From Camelus ferus (taxonomy: Eukaryota): a stretch of DNA of 64,000 bases. Shown in pieces: positions 15,996 to 30,525 of this stretch. Position numbers and translations under genes: made by a program. The number at the start of each line of letters is the position of its first letter. The first letter of the stretch is position 1. Location: positions 11,906,001-11,970,000 of the forward strand of contig NC_045697.1 in the NCBI RefSeq assembly GCF_009834535.1, given 5' to 3'. Below the pieces are notes generated by a model that was not told where the DNA came from, searched no databases, and saw only the letters and a list, made by a program, of their open reading frames with translations.

Positions 15996-16249
15996 GGGAA
16001 TAAGGTGGGAGATTTCCCCTTGGTGACAAAGCTCCTTCATCTCCCTTACTTAGTTGAAGAGGAGTGAGCAGAGGTTTTAGGGCCAGTCCAGATCTGTCTG
16101 AATTTTGGGCAGTTTATTAACCTTTTTGAGCCTCAGGTTATTAATCAAAGAAATGGCCTCTCTGGGTTGATGTGACAATTAAATAAGACAGTTTATGTAA
16201 AGCCCACAGCTGTGCTGAAGACATGCAAGCCATGTCTGTTCCCTCCCTA

Positions 16250-16474
<225 letters not shown>

Positions 16475-18749
16475 CTAAGGCAAAACAGGTACAAGATGAG
16501 ATTCAGTACAGTTCCCTGAGTCAACCTGTGATTTATTAAATCACAGAGCGGAGAAGAGGAGCCCCCAGCAATCCGGTGTCAGTGCCCGGCTCCCAGGCCT
16601 AGGACGGAGGCCTGTGATGACTCAATGCCGAGCACAGTGCCTGGCTTAGGAGCGGTGTCAGCCCTTGTCCCTGGACTCTGTTTTCCAGTCTGCCAAGCAT
16701 GTCACACAGCTGGCAAAACTAAAGCACGGAGAGAGGAAGTAGCTTATCCAGGGTTCCCATCAGTGAATAGCAGAAATGAAGTGCAGTCAGGGAACCTGAC
16801 CCTGGGGCTAGTGTGGGGACAGAGGACAGGGCCAGCAACAGTCACTGGTCCACATGTATGAGCAACTGGTATTGTTATTATACCCATTTTACATGTGGCA
16901 CTGCTCTGTCTCATCACACAGGATCTGAAAACATGGAACCTGGCCAGAGGTGTTGAGAAGTGGGATGTGGTGGGAGGACAATATGGAAACCCTGAGTTAA
17001 TAATGAGGTTTGGAATTTTCTCTCAATTGAATTTGTTCATTATTATTTCCCCTTTCCACAGAGACTAAAATGTGAAAAAGACTTTCTTATTTTGATTTTT
17101 CTACTTGGTATAGCAACCACTGTCCAAGGAAAACAGTATAATAAGACAGGCTAGGAACAGATTTCTTTGTTGAGAAATCTCATTATATAATAATAAATCA
17201 CAACCTAGCTTTTCGACTAACTGCTTGCATGGCCTACAGCCAGTCTCTTTTCTGGACCTGAGCCACATCAGCTGTAAAGCAAAGGGGTTGGTTCCATCTG
17301 TGGTTTTTAAACCATGTTCCAGAGACCCTGGGAGATGTCTGAGGGGCCCTTGGCAGTGGAAGAGGGCAGAGCTGAGGCTGGAGGATGGGGCCTTGGGCTC
17401 CAGTCCCCCTTAACCTGGAATAAAAACTGCTTTGGTTGCCTTCCCAGTACTCAAATGTCTATTAAAGGCCACCAATGTCAAGGCCAATGATGACCTCCAT
17501 GTGGCCAAACCCAGTGGTCACTCCTTGGGCCTCAGCTGAATGGACCTCCCTGCAGAACTGGAAACCTCTGATCACTCCTTCCTGCATGCAGCCCCTTCTC
17601 GTGGGTTTCTTCCTCCGCTAAAGCTTCCTCCTCTCCTGCCCCAGACCTCAGTCCTTGGACTTCTCCTTTGTCCTGGGCCATGGGCATGTTTGGCTCTATG
17701 ATAAAAGATGCCGGACTCTCCCGCAGGTCACCTGTACCATCAAAGTTGGAGCCTCGTTGGCCTCAGAAACCGACACTGTTCAAGTGCAGCCTCATGGGCT
17801 GCATTCATCCTTGGTCTTTCTCGTTCCCCGTTTGTCCTTCTCTCCTTCTGACTGCCAGCCAGCTCTGCTTTAGGCCCACTTTAAACCCCACACCAGATTC
17901 AGGAGCAATAGCTGAACATAAAGTATTTAAGTGGCTCCCACAACTATGCCAGGTCATTTCCTAAAATGAACGCCTTATTCCATATCACTTCTACTTATCT
18001 GTTTCTCCAAACTGATGCGTCCTTTAATCTCCAGACCCCGCTGATGCTTGAAAGCCCTACTGAACTGTCCCTTCCTCCAAGAAGCCGTCACAGTCTCTTT
18101 TGCTGCAATTGTACTCTTTCTTCTTGAAGTTCCCACAACAGTTATTTTGGTACCATAATTTGTTCACAGATACTTATCGGTCATTTACTACATGCCAGGC
18201 ACTGTTCCAGGGACACAGCAAGAAACCAGACAGACAGAAGTTTTCCTGCTTTATATTAATTACAGGAGTGTTCTCTCTCTCCCTTCCTGGAACAGAAATG
18301 AAGGTGAAAGTAATCCCAGATGTAGTGTTCAAAGTCCTACAGCCAGTAACTGAGAACGCTCAGCATGGCCATCTTCCATTGTCTGAACTGCCTCTTCAGT
18401 GTTTGTAACTGGACACTGCAGTCCGGCTGGTTGACACGTGCTAGCTGCAGGGCCCAGTGAGTTTGGCTCACTGCTGTGCACGTTCAGAAATGGTGCCACT
18501 GCCCAGCCTATAACCTTCACATGGATCCAAGGCTAAAAGGTCCACCTCTGCCTTGTACTTTCAGGTATTTGGGGCATTAAAGTGTCTTGGAGATCTCCAA
18601 TTCTTATAAAGTCCAGAAGTAAAGATCATAGTCTAAACAGAAGAGCTTTGTGAGACACAGGTTATAAACACACATTCTGTATAATGTGGGGGGAAACTGC
18701 ACAGTGAATGTGGAAGAACCACCAAAAATCAGAATAATGTAATACTACA

Positions 18750-19850
18750 GCATAAATATACACATGATAATCAAAGTTAATTAGGTCCAGGTTTCAAAAG
18801 GAAAATTTAGAGTTACAGGGAAATTTTGGTAAATAGAAAGCACAAACTATGTTGGCCAAAACAATCCTAATGGTACCAGCAATCACAGTAAACAAGAAGA
18901 AGTGACTTAGTTCCACATGGATATCCCCATCCTGGTAAAGGGAATCATTCCCTAGAACCCTCTAATAATGAACCTGTAGGCACCGAACAACAGAGACTGA
19001 AAACATAAGGCAAAATATTCAGAAATGTAGGGAGAAAAGGGGAAATTTATAACTATAATGGGGGATTGTAATAAACACCTCTCAGAGACACAACTCAGGT
19101 ACACAAAATGAGCTAGGATGTGGAAGATCTGAACAAGATTACTGAGCTAAACTTAACAGCTCAAAAAGAATACTTATCACTGCTAACATTTATATGATGC
19201 TTAGTGTGTGCCAGGCCCTCAAGTCTATAACGTGGGTATCATCCCATTTTAAAGATGATGAAACTGAGGAGGAGTTATGCAGGAGAGGGTCTGTAACTTA
19301 CCCAAGGTCATAGTGGTCATATCACAGAACCAGAATTCAAATCTATATACTCTAACAACCAAACCGAGAATATATGCTTTTTCTCTATCACACAGGAAAC
19401 ATTTTTAAGAACTGACCCCACAGCAGGCTACAAAGAGATCTCAGCACAGACCATACTACCTAATGACAATGCAATAAAATTAGAAAACAATAAGAAAGAA
19501 GGTTTAAAAAAATGAGATAAACTTCAAAACACTGGGATACTGATCAAGACATACACTTAGAGGACATTTACAGCCTTAAATGTATTTATTAGAGAACAGT
19601 CAAGAAGTTATAAAAAGAATAACATAAAAAAACCCAAAGTAAGTAGAAGGAAAGAGTTATGAAAGACAAAATTAATGACAGGAAAAAAAAAAATAGATCT
19701 GACCAATACATCTGAAAGCTGGCTTTTTGAAAAGACACATCAAACTACGGGGTAAGACTGAGCAAGGCAAAAGGGAGAAGGAACTTAAAGCAACATGAAT
19801 AATAGACAAAAATCTCATGACAGTTATGGAGATGAAAAAGAATTTCAAAC
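18750..19850 (+). mobile_element. Degenerate L1 ORF2 (endonuclease region) fragment with a MIR inside
   Basis: A-rich, with motifs gacaatgcaataaaattagaaa, cagccttaaatgtatttattag and agctggctttttgaaaaga. Confidence 0.6.
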
Positions 19851-22800
19851 GTGCTCTGAGTCACTGTGCAGACCGTGAAAGAGAGTGTGCAGGATGTAAT
19901 TTCTGGGCCACCTTATCGACCACTGATACAGTTAAAGGCATCCTGGGCAGGAGTCCAGAAACAGGAGAGGATGTAAATGCTTAAAAAGGCTGATGATGCA
20001 CTGGATGACTACAGCGGCCCCTAGCCACACACGGCACTTGTCTATTTCCACACTTAACTCATGGATGCCTGAGACCCAGGGAGGAGGGCAGGAAAGGCAC
20101 CACCGTCCCCATGTTCCAGATGGAGATCTAAGATCAGAGAAGTCCAGTGACTTGTCTCAGGTCACACAGCCACTGGAGAGCAGCACAGGACCAGACCCCG
20201 GGTTGTCCCACTCCCATCCGTGTCACTTCTTGTGACTGCACCGGCACTCGGCTGTGCTGTGTTGGCACAATCGCCAGCTGCCAATGTCAAGTCCTAACTG
20301 GGTGAGTTAAAATCAGGTTGTACAAACATGCTGCTGAGAAAGATCTGCAAAACAGACACTCAAAGTCAACTGGAGAGATGAAGGCTGCTTCCCAAATCAA
20401 CAGGGAGGTGAACTCCATTATCCTTTCTGTTTCTGTTCACTTGTTTCCAGCCCCACAAGAGCCTCCTTCTCAGAAAAGGACGTGTGCTCTCTCCTAGCCC
20501 GCGAGTAACTGAAGGACCCTAGTGTTCTTCTAAATCATCCTCTGACTTTGGAAGGCGTTCCTCATCTAACCTTGTCACTATCAGGCTCAAATGGTACACT
20601 CGGTTCCATGCATTCAGCCGTCATGTCAGGTATCAGTTTATGCACAAGGAGGTGCGCACAGCTGCCGCATGCAGGTGCTCCAGGTGCTGGAAGGATAAAG
20701 ATTAACAAGATATAGTACTTGATTTCAACAAACTAATGGTTCAGCGGTGGGGACCAAGAGACCATATACATGGAAAAAATATTCCTCCTTCACCCTCTAC
20801 CTTGTGTACGTGATGTCTTAGGCCAAAGTACATCATTTAAAAGGAGCTAGGGTGCCATCTAAATATTTCACAAATGGACTGAACTGTGGAAATGAACAGC
20901 TGGCTGAAAGAGGACCTTCAAGCTCGCCAATACTCATTTCTCTGAATTCCAAGTGGAGCTGACTCTCCAGTGGCCCCTCTTCTGCTTACCTGCTTGGGGC
21001 CCCAGGGAGCTCCTCCCAGGGCCAACCCTGAGCCACTCTGGGTGTATCCTGAGTCAGTCGTCCCTAATTCACCCTCTTGCATCTCCCTCCAGGCATCTGC
21101 TCCGGTTCTGCCCAGGGCTCTGTCTCCAGTGCTAAAGTGTGCGCAGAAGAACAAGTCGTTCTGTCTCTCCCCCAACCATCCGCTGCAAGAGCCTCCTCCC
21201 AACTCCTTGCCAACAAATGGCTGGTTATTTTAAACCCGTGTTCTCATTAGGTCTTCATCTTTCACCTTCTAGGCAGTGAACATCTTCTGGACTGTTTCTA
21301 TTTTAAAGGAACACCCACGCCCAGGAAATCTCCTCGAAGGAAATATTGAAAGTCATTCTCAAGTTCTCTTGACAATCTTTGAAAAGTAGCATCATGTACA
21401 TCTTAAAATAGAACACCTAATGCAATGGGGTTTTCTGCGATGATTACAGGGGACTGTAATGGACACTATAAAGACACCTTACATTTATAGACTCCTTAAC
21501 AGTTTTGGAAAGTGTCTTTGTGTGCTTTCTTCCGTTCATTACCACAGGTCTCTGGGGTGTGGAGGGCGGGGGTTATCACAGCCACTTTACTAACCAGAAG
21601 CCATACAGAATCGTGCTTTGGGCCCTGGTGCTGCTCTTTGGGCCTCAGTTTCCCTAACTGTAAGACAAGGATAATAATAACACTTGCCTCACAGGGTTAT
21701 TCTGTGACTGTGCAAAGCACTACATTCTTGGTCCAGAGTCTGTGTCTGCCACTAGGAGTAATGAGAGCACTGAGCTCAGAGAGGTTTTTGGAATTGTCTG
21801 GGGTCAAGCTGGGGTGGAATCCATGTCCTAACCCTGAGACCAGAGCTGTCACACTGCCCTGCGCCTTCATCCTGGGCTCCAGCAGGTCTCAGCCCGATTC
21901 TTAGCCAGGAATTTCTCCATGGACTGGGTCTCCAGGGCAACCTGCCCAGTTCCATGTCAGATGGAAGCAGACCCCTCAACTCGGATCAGAGGGTACGTCA
22001 CAGTTGTCTAAGGGCTTAGTGATCATCTGCCTGCTGACACCCTGGGCTTCACCTGACCCTCCAGGTGTGATGTGGGGGGACAGCTGCCCAGCAAACCACA
22101 CAGGGCCTCCCTGAGTGTGCAGGGGACACTTCTCAGGCCCGGGAGACCCCTGGAGCCGTGCCTCCACTCCCTCCCTACCGGCCCCAGGGATTCCATCTGG
22201 GACCTTTCACTGTGCTCACTGCCCCCCACCCCCACCCCATCCACCCCTTCTGATGAAGTCACGTCCAGCCAAGTACCCAGGCAGAGGGCACTCCTGGGTG
22301 CAAGCTTCCTGCACCTCCCTGGGCACAGGCCCTGCTGTCCCACACTGACTGCACAAGCCTCTTCCTGCCATTAGTGTAGCACTGATCACACTGGGTTATT
22401 AAGTCAGTAAATACTTATTTCCCTCCTTTGAAACAGAGCTCCCCAAGGACCAGGACTGGGCCTCGTGCACCCTGGCTCCCAGCCCCATGCCCTGCATAGT
22501 GACAGCACTCGTAAACACTTGTGGAGGCAAAATGACTTGAATAATAATGACCACAAATGACTCTCCTTTTTCTTTTGGAGACCATGCAGGCAGGGGATCT
22601 AGGAAAACTTCACCCCTTCTCTGCCCCCCACTTCACTGGGACCCGGGCACCAGAATCTTCCAGGAAAAAAGTTTCCTTTAGAATTACCAAGGCTGAATGG
22701 TTTTCTGGAAACCAATGACTAAAACTGGGACTCTGGAAGAATCAAGGAGACCAGACACGAGAGACCAGGACAAAAGGCTCAGCAAAGCCCCAGCTGTCTC

Positions 22801-23249
22801 TGGCAGGGACGGAGCCCCACCCAGGTCTGGCCACCCTCCCTCCGCACACGCTGGGAGTGGGGTGAAAAGTCTGGCCTTATTATTTATATCTCTTTTGACT
22901 CACTGCAGTGCTTTGGCAGAACAGCTAAGAGCCTAAACTAAAACTCCTGAGTCTCCAACTAACTTAAATTGTACAGCCCCAGTCGAACAAGAACATCTTT
23001 GGGGAAGTAGGTGTTTTGCACCGTTTGCTGGCGTCCCTGTCCCCTCACCCCTGCCCCCCCATCAGCCACAGACCGGTCCAGCGCTGCCAACCTTCTTCTG
23101 CGTTACCTCCACCCTTGCGGTGTCCCGTGTGGTCGCAGGCATGCCTGCGTGCAGGTGCTGCCTGGGCATTCAAACACCAACTCCGCAGGAAAACTATTTC
23201 TGTTTCTGACATCATGCAATGAATGTTAACTGAGCGCCTTTGTTTTGGG

Positions 23250-23683
23250 TTAAACTGTGCCCCCAAGAAGAGACGGTGAAGTCTCCCCAGGACCTATGAA
23301 TGTGATCTTCTTCTTCGGAAATTGGGCTTTTGCAGATGTAATTACTTAAGATGAGGTCACACTGGATTAGAGTGAGTCCTAAATCCAATGAGTGTTGTGT
23401 CCCTATAAGAAGGCCGTGTGGAGACCCAGAGGCACACTGTGGGGGAGGCCAGGCGGTGACACAGGCAGGCTGGAGTGATACGGCGACAAGTCAGGGAACG
23501 CCGAGGATGACCACCAACCACCAGAAGCTGGAGAGAGGGTGGAGTCACCAGGAGGAACCCACCCTGCTTCGGATGATACTTTGATTTTGGACTTCCAGCC
23601 TCCAAAACTGTGAGACAATACATTTCTGTGCTTTAAGCCCCAAGGGTGTGGTGCTTCACTGTGGCACCCTTGGAAAATAACAC
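23250..23683 (+). mobile_element. MaLR (MLT1-type) LTR
   Basis: ctttgcagatgtaatt...taagatgaggtcacactggattag...ttttggacttccagcctccaaaactgtgagacaatacatttctgt. Confidence 0.85.
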
Positions 23684-24180
23684 AGCCTGGCACGAGCCTG
23701 ACGGAGAGACAAACAGGAACTAGTTTCTGCCCTGGAGCCGCACCCTGAAAGGGCAGCATCACTAGGGAGGGCCCGCGGGAGAGTTACCGGTGTCGTGGAT
23801 GCGATGTGGATGTGGAGGGAGGCGGCAACGGGGCATTATTATTACTGTTATGCGTCGTGCTGGGCAGAACCAAAGACCCCCCACCCCAGTCCGGTGCCTC
23901 TTTATCTGCCAGCCAGGCTGCTCTCACAGAGGGAGAGAAGATTCATCTTTAACAAGCCTTGTTCTTTTCCAAACCACGCAAATAATGACTCAGAACTCTA
24001 TTTTATTCGTGGTTTTTGCTGATTGATTTGGTAATGATTTTTTTTTTCAGGCATTTTGGCGGCTCTTGAGGACTGAAATGAAAGGGCTCATTAATGCCAG
24101 CGTGTGTCCCTGTGGACACCAAAGTGCTGAAAAGGAGAAGAAAAATAGCCTTCGTTAAAGCAGAGACAGCTGGAGGTTAC

Positions 24181-24288
24181 CTGGGTGTCCAAAATGCTGC
24201 AGTGCTGGCAGTCCACTTCTGGGGGCCTGTCATCGCCTCTCGGGGGACATACCTTATTCTGTTGGATAAATTCTTCCAGCCTTAAAAC
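24181..24288 (-). CDS. FAM184B: FAM184B exon 7 (108 nt): VLRLEEFIQQNKVCPPRGDDRPPEVDCQHCSILDTQ
   Basis: Hand-translated (not in the ORF track). Acceptor ttcttgttttag|GTT, donor CAG|gtaacc, phase 0/0. Confidence 0.93.
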
Positions 24289-26075
24289 CTAAAACAAGAA
24301 TAAAGATGCTCAGCAATGAAACAAAGTCCTCTCTCCCGGTTGTGGTCATTAATCTGGGAGCCCTTTCCCCTAAATCAATCAGTTCTGGGGACAGTGCCCC
24401 ACTAGACAAATTCCAGACGTGCTTCTAGAGAGGCCATTTCTAAGTGGCTAGCTGCTTAGTCCTTCCAGAAGAAAATGAGCCTGTCAGGTTTACAATATTC
24501 CACACTTTATTCTCTTTAAATCATTCATGTCCATATATCTAGACAAGAGCTGCAGCATGGGTTCCATTGGTTCTCATAACGTTCCTGGAAGGCCACCCTA
24601 TTTCTTTTTTACATAGTCGGTAAAGAAGAAAAATAATATTTAAGAATTACACATGCAATATGAGAGAAGAGTGGCTAAAGGTGCTATTAAATTGTAAAGC
24701 CTTAATGATGATGATGATGATTAACCGACTAATTGTAGCCTGTCAGTTACACAGGCCGGCTTCCCTGCTCCAGACCTGGAGAAGGACAAGACCCATAACC
24801 ATAAAGGAAATGCGGATGTTACTGAAATTAATGCCCCTGGGGCACCATGCTTGGTGTGAGGGGGCAAGGGGAAGGGAGGGAGTGAGAGCAAGATAATGGT
24901 AAGATAATAAAATGTGGTCCCTGCCTTCAAGGAGTTGTCATTTACGGAGAAGACAGATGGATGCTGACACTCACAGTAACATTCAGTAGACAGACATACA
25001 ACATAATAAAAGTACCATTAATGGCACAGACCTAAGCATTTCACAGTGTGAAGTCTTCTAATCCTCTCAACAACTACCGTGAGGTTGGTACTACTGCAGA
25101 GAATTTACAGCAATAAACTCTGGCCAGGGACGTCCAGGGCAGTGTTAAGGGCACTGAAGGATGAACAAGAGTCTGCTGGTGGCAAGTTCCTCTCCCCAGT
25201 AACACTGCCCACAGCTCTTTTAAACTTTGACCTTGGTCTCTGGGCAGCTCTGGGCAGATAGGCCTAAGAAGCAAACCCCTCAGTTCAGCTGGTCTACACC
25301 CGTTCGCGACCCTGCTCTTGTCTGCCTCCACCGTGGAGGCCTGATGGCTAAGTCCTTGCTTTCCCAGGCTGGCCACGCGGCACAAATATTACCAGTAGGA
25401 GTAGGCGTCAGCTGGGGGCCTCTTCAGATGCTTTTGCTTTCCGGATGAAGTGGGCAGGCCTGGCCATCACTGCCTCTCCCCGTTTCCTGCTTTACATTTG
25501 GACATGACAGCTGGAGCCGGGACAGCCTTTGTCACAGCCTGGGGGGATCTGAGCTGACTTCCCCCAGGCACAGTGCCAGGGGCCTATGACATTTTCAGGG
25601 ACCATGAAAATGTTTTCATTCCTTCCAAAATCAGAATAAAAAAAAAGCAGCCTGGCTATATTCATCTTTATGGCAGTGCAGTCATAAAATATAATTAAAA
25701 AAGACTTTTCGATAAAGGAAAGAGCCCAGGAAACCGATAACACGCGGCGGGGGTTGGGGTGGGGAGAAGGCGGAACCAAGAAGGCTGCAGGTTTTCCAGG
25801 CCTGATATCATTTAGCCACAGAACTGACGCCAGCAGCCTCTGCCTCCCTCTTTCATGTTCGACATTAAGCGCCTCTGTTAAGCCTCTACAAATCAGGTTC
25901 TCTGTTACCTACAGCTGAATTTATACCCCCAAGACAGCCGTCTTGCCAGGCCGAAGTCTTTTTCTTTCAGGATGCTGAACAGAAGGAGATCAGGGCAGTT
26001 TCCCAACCTTCCTGGCATCTCAGTTAATCAGAAACTTCCAGGGCCCAGAACCATCACTCCTGAGCACGGTGTTCA

Positions 26076-26297
<222 letters not shown>

Positions 26298-26947
26298 TCA
26301 TCAACTACTATAGAAAAGCATAAATTAGAAACACATGAGAAAGTGCAAATGAAACAGATGCTACATTCACAGCACAAAGTTGAATATATACTGGGGGTGG
26401 GGGGCAGGGTAGACCCCTGGCTTTAAGTTTCGTAGCATCAAATAAGAAAAGGGAATGAATGCTCACTGCTGACACAATTCTCAGTGTTACATAACTCAAA
26501 AGGCCAACTACCTTCTCAGATGCACAGAAATGTCAAAAGCAGGAGGAAATTTCTCCTGGGGTCTTCTCAACAGCATCCTTACTTTAGTCAACGTGAATGG
26601 AATAAATGACAAACTAAAAGGCTGGAGGGAAGAACTAAGGGAGATGCGTGGGGTGAGGTAGGAGGAACAGGTAGGAGTCCGACGCGTGCGGCCTCGTAAA
26701 CCACGTTAGTGAGCTTGAAGTCCCCTGTGAAGATGACAGGGGGCCTCTGGAGAGTTTGAAGCCAATGTGAGTTTTCAGATGATCCCCCTGGAATGGAGAT
26801 TGGATTAGATGAAATGACGAGACAGGAGGCAGGGAGAACAACTGGGGGATGATCACACAGTCCACCAAGAAACGGCAGGTGACCGAGTGAGCGTGGAACC
26901 ACCAGGACAGAGAGAAGCGGCGGTATTCCAGGGCCACTGAAGAAGGA

Positions 26948-27140
26948 TGGCTGACCCCTGAACAATGCAGGTTGGAGCTGTGCACGTCCACTGACACGTG
27001 GATATTTTTCAATAGTAAACACAACAGTCCTACACAGTCCATGGTTGGTTGAACCCGCGGATGTGGAGGAACTGCAGATACAGAGAGACAAAGATAAATT
27101 ATAACTTGGGTTAATTCCCACGTTGTTCAAGGGTCAACTG
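26948..27140. mobile_element. Tc1/mariner Tigger2-type MITE inserted in an L2
   Basis: Terminal inverted repeats tggctgacccctgaacaa ... ttgttcaagggtcaactg, followed by TA. Flanks (26590-26940, 27141-27220) are antisense L2-like. Confidence 0.75.
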
Positions 27141-28399
27141 TAGAATGAGTGGACTTTATAGCCGACTGAATGTGAGGGATGAGAGAGAAGTCATGGATTT
27201 CTGGGCTTCTGACTTGAGCATCTAAAGAGGTGCTGCTGCTGATCATCTGGATGACACCTTTACACCTACCGCAGGGCCAACCCCAGGCCAGGCCAGTGGC
27301 CCTGGGGTGGCCCTTAGCATAGTCCCTGGGGTAGGTCATTTAAAGAAGAAAAAAGGATGTGATTAGACTGTAAGGGTCACATGATGTGGACACAGCACAT
27401 CAGTCAATCTGTGATCTCTTTTTGCAGGGCTGGTTGTTTTGCAAGGTTCATTTCCTAAAGACAATATATAAATCACCCTCTTGTTCAAAACAGGCTGAGA
27501 TAACTTAAACAACCATCAGAAATAAGGGCTTTCCCTCAGCAAAAATTCCAATTTTTTTTTTTTACTTCATTATTTGGCTCCTCATTCACCAAAGCTTTTA
27601 TTGAACAAAAGTTCTGTTTAACGTGCTTGCTGGTGCAGGGACTTGCTAACTCTGCCAAGGCATGTTCAGCGTAACAGCACAATTAGATCCCCTGCGAGGG
27701 AGATGCTTAGCACAAAGCAGTGGCTACTTCTAATTTCACGCAGCCCAGTTTCCTAGGGTCCCTATCATCCATCACAGCTTCAGCTGTTGCCTTGACAAAT
27801 GGACCTAAAGGGAAAAAAAAATTCCCCACAGATGGAAATAAATGATTTCAGCCGTGATCTTTGGCATCGGTGAGCTACATTTTAGGTGCAGAATCATGTG
27901 GTTTGCTGTCAGGAAACACAGTTCTGGGTCACCTGGAGAACACAGATTAAAAGGAACCATGTCCACCTCTAGCTCATTCCAAAGTGACCTTGAGGATTTC
28001 AACAGGAAGCTTTCACATTCTCTTCCTAAATCAGGTGAAGAGAAAAAACAACTACAGAGACAAGAACATGAGGGAAAGAAGGAGACTGATGATTTCGCAT
28101 ACATACGTTGCTGCCTCCCCTACAGGGAATGGGGCTTCTGGGGCCAGTCATTCACAGGATTCACAGAGAACTTTCATAAGCTCTGTTCTCACCCTGCTCT
28201 GACAGTACCCAGGGAAAAGGGCTTTACTGCATCCACCTCACATGGAGCAAATCCAATGGTCGGTAAGAGGCAAAAGCAGGACTCCCATCCTTTTTCTGCT
28301 TTCTTATCTAGACTGTCCACAGTTACTGTCAATTTAAGAAAGAAAGGAGCCACTGTGATTGGGAACAACAAACGAGCAACCTCAGAAAATTACCAAGCA

Positions 28400-30525
28400 G
28401 AGACTTCAGCTGGCATTTTAAAGGAAAACATGTTAACTTTTTTTAAGAAGAAAAATGACTATTTGGTCATTTATAAAATTACTATTTATAGTAAAGTTCA
28501 TGGTGCAAAGCCACACATTTCACTCAGGGTCAACCATTAGCAATCATACTAACACCCAAACTAACCAATACATGGGGCATTAGACCCCAGGAAGGGCCAC
28601 GTTTCAGTAGCAGGGCTTAACTGGCTGTCATTTTTAATTTTTAATTCATTTTTTATTGAAGTATAGTTAAACTGGCATCTTAAAGTTTAAAAATAAGTCT
28701 GGGAAATGGTAAATTTTATGTTGTGTGTATTTAATCACAACAAAAAAAAAAAAGTCTGGAAAATCTGAAGCTGATAACAAGTAATTTAACTGCTTGCCAA
28801 AGCAAAATTCAGTACTCATTAAAGAACAGCAAAATCCAGACTTTCAAGAAGTTAATACTCTTCATGTCCAGAATTCAATCAAAAAATTACTAAATAAGCA
28901 AAGAAACAGGAAAAGGCAATTCATAACCAAGAGAAAAATCATTCAACAGAAAAAGACCCTAAAGTGACAGATAAGAATATTGAGAGAAATTTTAAATATG
29001 CTCAAGAATTTAAAGAAAAACATGAACATAAAGAAGAGAAAAAGGGAAACCCCAAAGAAATTCCATTTTATTATTCAAGCTGAAAAATATAATATCTGAA
29101 ATGCAAAAAAAGTACCAAATGGATTTTTAAAAAGATTGGATGAGACAGAAAAGGAGGTGAGTAAATTTGAAAATACAGCAATAGAAACTGTCCAAACCAG
29201 GTATCATGACCATAAAAACACTAGAATGTCTATATTTTTATCAAAGTAGACTTTAGGACAAGGAATATTTCATAGGAGAAGAAGACTTAAAATAAATGAA
29301 CATAGCCTCTGTAACTTGTAGGACAACATCAGAAGGGGGAGGCGGAAGAGATAATGACCTTAAATTTTTAAAGCTGCCTGAAAACTATACCCACAGATCC
29401 AAGGTGTCCAATGAATACCAAGCAGAAAAACAAAGAAAATCACTCCATGGCATATTATAATCAACTTGTGGAAGCCAGCGATTAAAGAGGAAATCTTAAA
29501 AGCAGTCAGAAAACAAAAAGCCGCACTATGCACAAGGGAGAAAAGGTAAGAACAACTATCAATTTGTTGTTTGAAGAAAATACAAACCAAAAAAAAAAAA
29601 AATTGTTGAACAGCATCTTTAAAGTGCAGAAAGAAAAATAAGTGTTAACCTAGAATTCTGTATCCGGCAAAATAATCTTCAAAAATCAAGGCAAAACAAA
29701 AGGCGTTTTCAGACATAAAAACTGAGAGAATTTGCCGTGAGCCGACCGACACTACAAGGAACATTAAAGGAAGTTCTTCAGGCCAAAAGAAAATGATACC
29801 AGATGGGTGCTTGACTCTACCAAAGGAACAAAGAGGGTAGAAACAGTAAGTGGGAAAACATAAAAGACTTCAGTTTTCTCATTTAAAATTTTTCTCTAAA
29901 AGATAATTGACTTTTAAGGAAATAGAAAATCAATGTACTATAGACTTTACAACATGTGTAAAGTAAAACATATGACAGTAATTGCACAAAAGTTGGGAAG
30001 GGGTCATTAAAATGTTGCTGTAAGGTTTCTACAGTGAAGTAATTATACATGTGTATACACATATATATGAAGTAATATTATTGGATGGCAGACAATGATA
30101 AAGACACACGTTATAAATCCTATAGCAACCAGTAGCACACCACCCCAAAAGAAGGACAGCTAAAAACTCATTAGAGGAGATAAAAAAGAAAATACCAAAA
30201 AAAAATTCAATTAATCAAAAATAATCAGAAAAAAGAGGCAAAAAGAAAGGCAACAGATGTGACAAATAGAAAAAACAGCAAGCAATATGGTAGACTTAAT
30301 GATAATTACATTAAATGTAAATGGTCTAATTGACCCTCAAAAGTCAGATTCCCAAACTGAATAAAAGGGGAAGACAGCAATACTACACAGGCACTTTGAA
30401 TAGAAAGACACAGGTAGGTTAAAAGCAAAAGGATGGATTAAACCAGACAGCAACACTAACCAAAAAAATGACAGAATGTCTGTATTTTTACTAAAGTAGA
30501 CTTCAGGACAAGGAATATTTCATAA
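28400..30525 (+). mobile_element. Old L1 5' region (5'UTR/ORF1 to ORF2 start), decayed
   Basis: Motifs aacctagaattctgtatccggcaaaataatcttcaaaaat, aattacattaaatgtaaatggtctaa and aaagtagacttcaggacaagga. Confidence 0.8.

Noticed and set aside
27842..28540. 232-aa plus-strand ORF
   Set aside because: No recognisable domain, runs into L1-derived sequence, no convincing gene structure. Treated as a chance ORF, though no homology search was run.
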